Source of the DNA: an uncultured Bdellovibrionales bacterium
Lineage (GTDB): Bacteria > Patescibacteriota > Minisyncoccia > Moranbacterales > UBA1568
NCBI GenBank assembly: GCA_964444815.1
Contig: CAYUIR010000001.1
Coordinates: forward strand, 78,031 to 142,030
Direction of reading: 5' to 3'
Length of the DNA: 64,000 bases
Of the stretch, positions 60,944-64,000 are shown in pieces (position 1 is the stretch's first letter; each line of letters starts with the position of its first letter). The position numbers were made by a program, and so were the translations under genes. The notes beneath the pieces were generated by a model that worked only from the letters and a program-made list of their open reading frames with translations, had not been told where the DNA came from and ran no database searches.

Positions 60944-62722
60944 CTACTTCCCATTCACATTGGACTTTATATCACACGCAAAGTTGAAGTAGCCTTGGGT
61001 AGCGGTGAGATTGAGGAAGGGCTTATCGGGACTCGCCGTGTCTACCAAGATAGTCAAGATGACATTGACTATGAGGTAGGCAGAGAGCATCACGGCAAAG
61101 CCAATGAGAGAAGCTATCATGCCTCCTTTGGCCGTTTGCATCATGCCACTATTCCCCGCTGAGAGGATGTAGAGGACTCCCATGGCAAAGATGACGGTAA
61201 TGGCTATGATCGCCATGATCTTGAGTCCCCAGGCAACGAGGCCTTGACCTCCTAAGACGATGTGACAGAGGGTGCAAGGTTTGGTTTCGTCTATATCAGT
61301 CGTATTCTTGTTGTCGATGTTTCGGCCACAAGGGATGAGAGAGGGAGAGTCGGCAGAGGGAGATGGGGCTGGAGTAGGATTGGGAGGTGCGATAGGACTA
61401 GGACCAGGACCAGGGGCCGGTGACGGACCGGGGCCAGGGGATGGAGCAGGTCCCGGCGTAGGAGTTGGCCCAGGACCGCCCGATGGCTTCCCTTCATTAC
61501 AAAGCGCTCGTGTCCCACCACTGATACCATCGCAATTCCAGTACCAGTTGCCCCCATCTTCTTGTGGAGTTGAGCTGGTTCCGGCTAAACAATTGTTGTG
61601 GGTCGGAGCGCACCTACCATCAATCGGACCACCCCCTCCACCGCCGGTTCCACCTCCACCACCACTGCCTCCACCACTGCCACCCACGGTCACCGTAACA
61701 GATTTTTTGCCCGCTGAGACACCATTAGAATCCAAGCAATCCAGATAATACGTAGTGGTAACACTCACAAACTGTACGGCCGACCCATTGGGAAGATCGG
61801 TGATATTGCCATTCCAACCACCAGAGGCAAAGCAGCCAGCGACACCACTGGTTTGCCAAGAAAGAGTGGCCTGGCCAGGAGCAGGCAGCGATGTCACACT
61901 CCCGGTAAATATGACACTGGGTTTGCCTGGGGCCGACGCCGTACACGATGTCTGCGTCGGTTCTGAAAATACGCCATCCATACAACTATAGGTCGTACTC
62001 CCGATGTAGCCAGGTTGTGTGTTGGCGACAGCTTTGGATTTGCCTGATTCGAGGGTCTCCGAAACATAGGCGCTACAGTTGGTCATCCACACCAGATTGC
62101 CCATAAACGTACAAGGGGCTCCTGGTGTCACCGTAACAGGGACAGATCTCGTTGGACTACTCTCGCGAGGAGAGCCGTTAACATAATTCACGCACGTCAT
62201 CGTATAGGTGGTTGATTCAGTCGGATACAGTTGTTTGCTCCCGTTCTGCTGTTGCGGGCCGATTGGACCTCGTGAATCATTCAAGAAACACACCACATCA
62301 CTCCCTCCGGTAGAGCTCCATGTCACAGTAACTGGATTTCCCGCCTTGACGGAGGTAGGATTAGCAGAAAGGTCGAGTGTAACATCAGATACTTGGGTTA
62401 CCAATACACGTTCACCACTTGATGCATTTGTATTGTCCCAGCACTCGAGATAATAGGTAACTTGCTTCGTAACGACTACCTTCATCGAGCCACTAGTTGT
62501 TGGCCACGGTCCAGTCCACGGAGAGTTGTCAGTGGCTGTACAACGTGTGGCACCACTGATAGTCCAGATAATATCTATACTCGTCCCTGACGGAACCGTT
62601 GCCGGACTCGGATTCGATGTCAGTGTCACCACTGGAGCAGCCCAAACCAGCTGTGGCATGAAAAACCATGTCACTCCCAATACTCCTCCACCCAGCCACT
62701 GCCAAAGTCTCGATGTTGTCAT
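60944..62722 (-). CDS. large surface protein: signal peptide, repeated Ig-like Cys-pair modules, poly-Gly and Pro-rich linkers, C-terminal TrbC/VirB2-like pilin TM hairpin
   Basis: Three roughly 70-aa modules (..W.xSGAxxC...TYYLxC..). GGSGGGSGGGGGTGGGGGG. GPGPTPTPGPAPSPGPGPSPAPGPGPSP. C-terminus IMAIIAITVIFAMGVLYILSAGNSGMMQTAKGGMIASLIGFAVMLSAYL. Confidence 0.7.
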   Translation of the reverse strand: MTTSRLWQWLGGGVLGVTWFFMPQLVWAAPVVTLTSNPSPATVPSGTSIDIIWTISGATRCTATDNSPWTGPWPTTSGSMKVVVTKQVTYYLECWDNTNASSGERVLVTQVSDVTLDLSANPTSVKAGNPVTVTWSSTGGSDVVCFLNDSRGPIGPQQQNGSKQLYPTESTTYTMTCVNYVNGSPRESSPTRSVPVTVTPGAPCTFMGNLVWMTNCSAYVSETLESGKSKAVANTQPGYIGSTTYSCMDGVFSEPTQTSCTASAPGKPSVIFTGSVTSLPAPGQATLSWQTSGVAGCFASGGWNGNITDLPNGSAVQFVSVTTTYYLDCLDSNGVSAGKKSVTVTVGGSGGGSGGGGGTGGGGGGPIDGRCAPTHNNCLAGTSSTPQEDGGNWYWNCDGISGGTRALCNEGKPSGGPGPTPTPGPAPSPGPGPSPAPGPGPSPIAPPNPTPAPSPSADSPSLIPCGRNIDNKNTTDIDETKPCTLCHIVLGGQGLVAWGLKIMAIIAITVIFAMGVLYILSAGNSGMMQTAKGGMIASLIGFAVMLSAYLIVNVILTILVDTASPDKPFLNLTATQGYFNFACDIKSNVNGK

Positions 62723-62745
62723 AATACAAACTTATCTCTTATGTG

Positions 62746-64000
62746 TTACCCAAAAAACTGAGCCACCTGAGTCACCATGACCAGAGCTGCGAGAGCAATA
62801 GCGATAGCGATGGTAGCATAGGTCACGATCTTCTTGCCTGTTTCTGCCTTACCCTCGTCTCCCCCAGCGGTGAGGTACATGAGACCACCGATAACCAGCA
62901 TGATGATCGCGATGATGCCTACGATGGAGAGGAGGAAGCTTAAGACCTTAGAGGCTATCTCAGTAAAGGTTTGAGCTTCTTCGACTACTTGGGTGACTTC
63001 TATCCAGCCTAAGAGTTCTCCAATTTCTTTGAGGAAGGCAGGAGCAGCGATAGCGAGAGCGAGACCAACCATAGAGGCAGTGATGGCTACTTTAGCCTGA
63101 GTGACTCGTGATTCATTGCCAGCCGAGAGGATATACATGACCGCTCCTACGATAATCATGATGATAGAGAGGACGACTACGATACTCTGAAGGGTTGAGA
63201 GGACGGCGGTTAAGACACTGTCTAAGGAATTGTATTTGAGAGGGTTAAAGTAGCCCACTCCAGGAGAAGGGAGGGCGAGAGGGGTACAGCAGGAGGCTCC
63301 GGTATCACCACAGGTGCCTGAAGCTTGAGTGTACTTGTCAGGGGCACATCCTCCTGAGACACAGGTGTTTGGGGCTTGGCAGGTGCCATCGCCTAAGGGA
63401 GGAGCGGGAGGTCCAGGGGGAAGAGGTGGGGCTGGAGGACCCAGGGGGAGAGGAGGCGGAACGGGGCCGCTACAATCGTTTTTGGCACAAGAAGAGCTAC
63501 ACTCAGCGGGACAGAAACCATTACTTCCGGTTCCCCTATCACAGGCTTCACCGGGATCTATCTTGCCATTGCCACATTTGCGGGGATCAACCTGAGGAGG
63601 CGTAAATGACCCACCATCAGAGTCACGAAACACTGCCTCCGTGGTCGCCCGAAATGTACCCCATTTATTGGTACACTCGATACTAAAAGTCCGCGGGGCT
63701 GTGACAGAAAATGGGGTCGATCGATGGTAGCCCGAGATATCCACTGGACCATCCCGATTGAGGGTGGCGCTCCCATTGTCAAGCCAGTCTACTGCCTTAC
63801 ACGTTGCCGGAGGGTAGACCCCATTATCATAGACCTGCCAGATGATGACTCCTTGTCCACCAGGAACGGTATAACCGCCTGGCGAGAGCGCAATATACAC
63901 GCTTGGATAATTTGGTAGGCCATTATCGACTGTCACGCTCAAGTTGGCACTCACGCTGTCCTCTGGCGTGAGGTAGCCCCGAGCAGCGATGACGGCCTCG
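62746..64000 (-). CDS. partial CDS (5' end outside window): surface protein with Ig-like module, Cys-rich and PPAPPLP linkers, and two tandem pilin-like TM hairpins
   Basis: The frame stays open upstream of the GTG at 63954 to the window edge. MYILSAGNESRVTQAK... and MYLTAGGDEGKAETGK... modules. Confidence 0.7.
   Translation of the reverse strand, partial: EAVIAARGYLTPEDSVSANLSVTVDNGLPNYPSVYIALSPGGYTVPGGQGVIIWQVYDNGVYPPATCKAVDWLDNGSATLNRDGPVDISGYHRSTPFSVTAPRTFSIECTNKWGTFRATTEAVFRDSDGGSFTPPQVDPRKCGNGKIDPGEACDRGTGSNGFCPAECSSSCAKNDCSGPVPPPLPLGPPAPPLPPGPPAPPLGDGTCQAPNTCVSGGCAPDKYTQASGTCGDTGASCCTPLALPSPGVGYFNPLKYNSLDSVLTAVLSTLQSIVVVLSIIMIIVGAVMYILSAGNESRVTQAKVAITASMVGLALAIAAPAFLKEIGELLGWIEVTQVVEEAQTFTEIASKVLSFLLSIVGIIAIIMLVIGGLMYLTAGGDEGKAETGKKIVTYATIAIAIALAALVMVTQVAQFFG

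Noticed and set aside
1-64000. A CRISPR array, rRNA genes, a transposase or integrase, or a reverse transcriptase/DGR linked to the surface proteins.
   Set aside because: No regularly spaced short repeats, no rRNA-like sequence, no integrase, transposase or RT motifs in any long ORF, and no template/variable repeat pair were seen by eye.

Overview
The window is a gene-dense, mostly syntenic stretch of a small bacterial genome. Gene content and style suggest a Patescibacteria/CPR (Parcubacteria-like) organism: TrbC/VirB2-like pilin modules, DUF3467, a compact AlaRS and HrcA, many lineage-specific small genes, and GTG/TTG starts. This assignment is an inference, not a database result.

Recognisable core genes:
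- Cell-envelope glycosylation: GT4, LCP, GT2, TagA-like.
- Proteases and chaperone: Ctp (S41 protease), groES.
- Translation and replication restart: fmt, def, priA.
- Aminoacyl-tRNA synthetases: gltX, cysS, alaS.
- Division: EnvC-like M23 peptidase, ftsX, ftsE, an ftsA-like gene.
- prfB with its programmed +1 frameshift.
- DsbA-like protein.
- Heat-shock operon hrcA-grpE-hsp20-dnaK, with a perfect CIRCE overlapping its promoter.
- yidD, corA, dnaB, recR, rplU.
- pfkB-eno-pgk.
- mraY, dac, scpB, scpA.
- tRNA-Gln(CUG) and tRNA-Thr(CGU).

No rRNA, CRISPR array, transposase, integrase or reverse transcriptase was seen.

What stands out, in my order of priority:
1. The tRNA-Gln locus. A GIY-YIG nuclease gene sits between a decayed 5' half-copy and an intact copy of the tRNA. 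A further 3'-end fragment brackets a 209-nt hairpin-dense segment. The tRNA-Thr locus shows related decay, and a 20-bp palindrome family is found only at these two loci.
2. Three clearly AT-rich accessory islands (about 14.6-17.1 kb, 20.8-21.4 kb and 33.6-36.4 kb; GC about 35-40% by eye against about 50-60% elsewhere).
   - Two of them (the 14.6 kb and 33.6 kb islands) have direct-repeat boundaries.
   - They carry translationally coupled enzyme + small-membrane-protein pairs: ImmA-like metalloprotease + TM protein, TM protein + ClpP-fold protease, and TM protein + GrpB-like nucleotidyltransferase. A DUF4145 zinc-ribbon protein is also present.
   - These are my best candidates for an undescribed defence- or abortive-infection-like module.
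3. A recurring 21-nt operator-like motif, TACGTAATT-N3-TACGTAATT, present three times.
4. A yidD-led operon of small Cys/His-rich proteins.
5. Two giant surface proteins that end in pilin-like TM hairpins.
6. Several housekeeping homologues with degenerate catalytic motifs: PriA, ThpR, rhodanese and CorA.

All functional calls come from reading translated motifs by eye. No searches were run.
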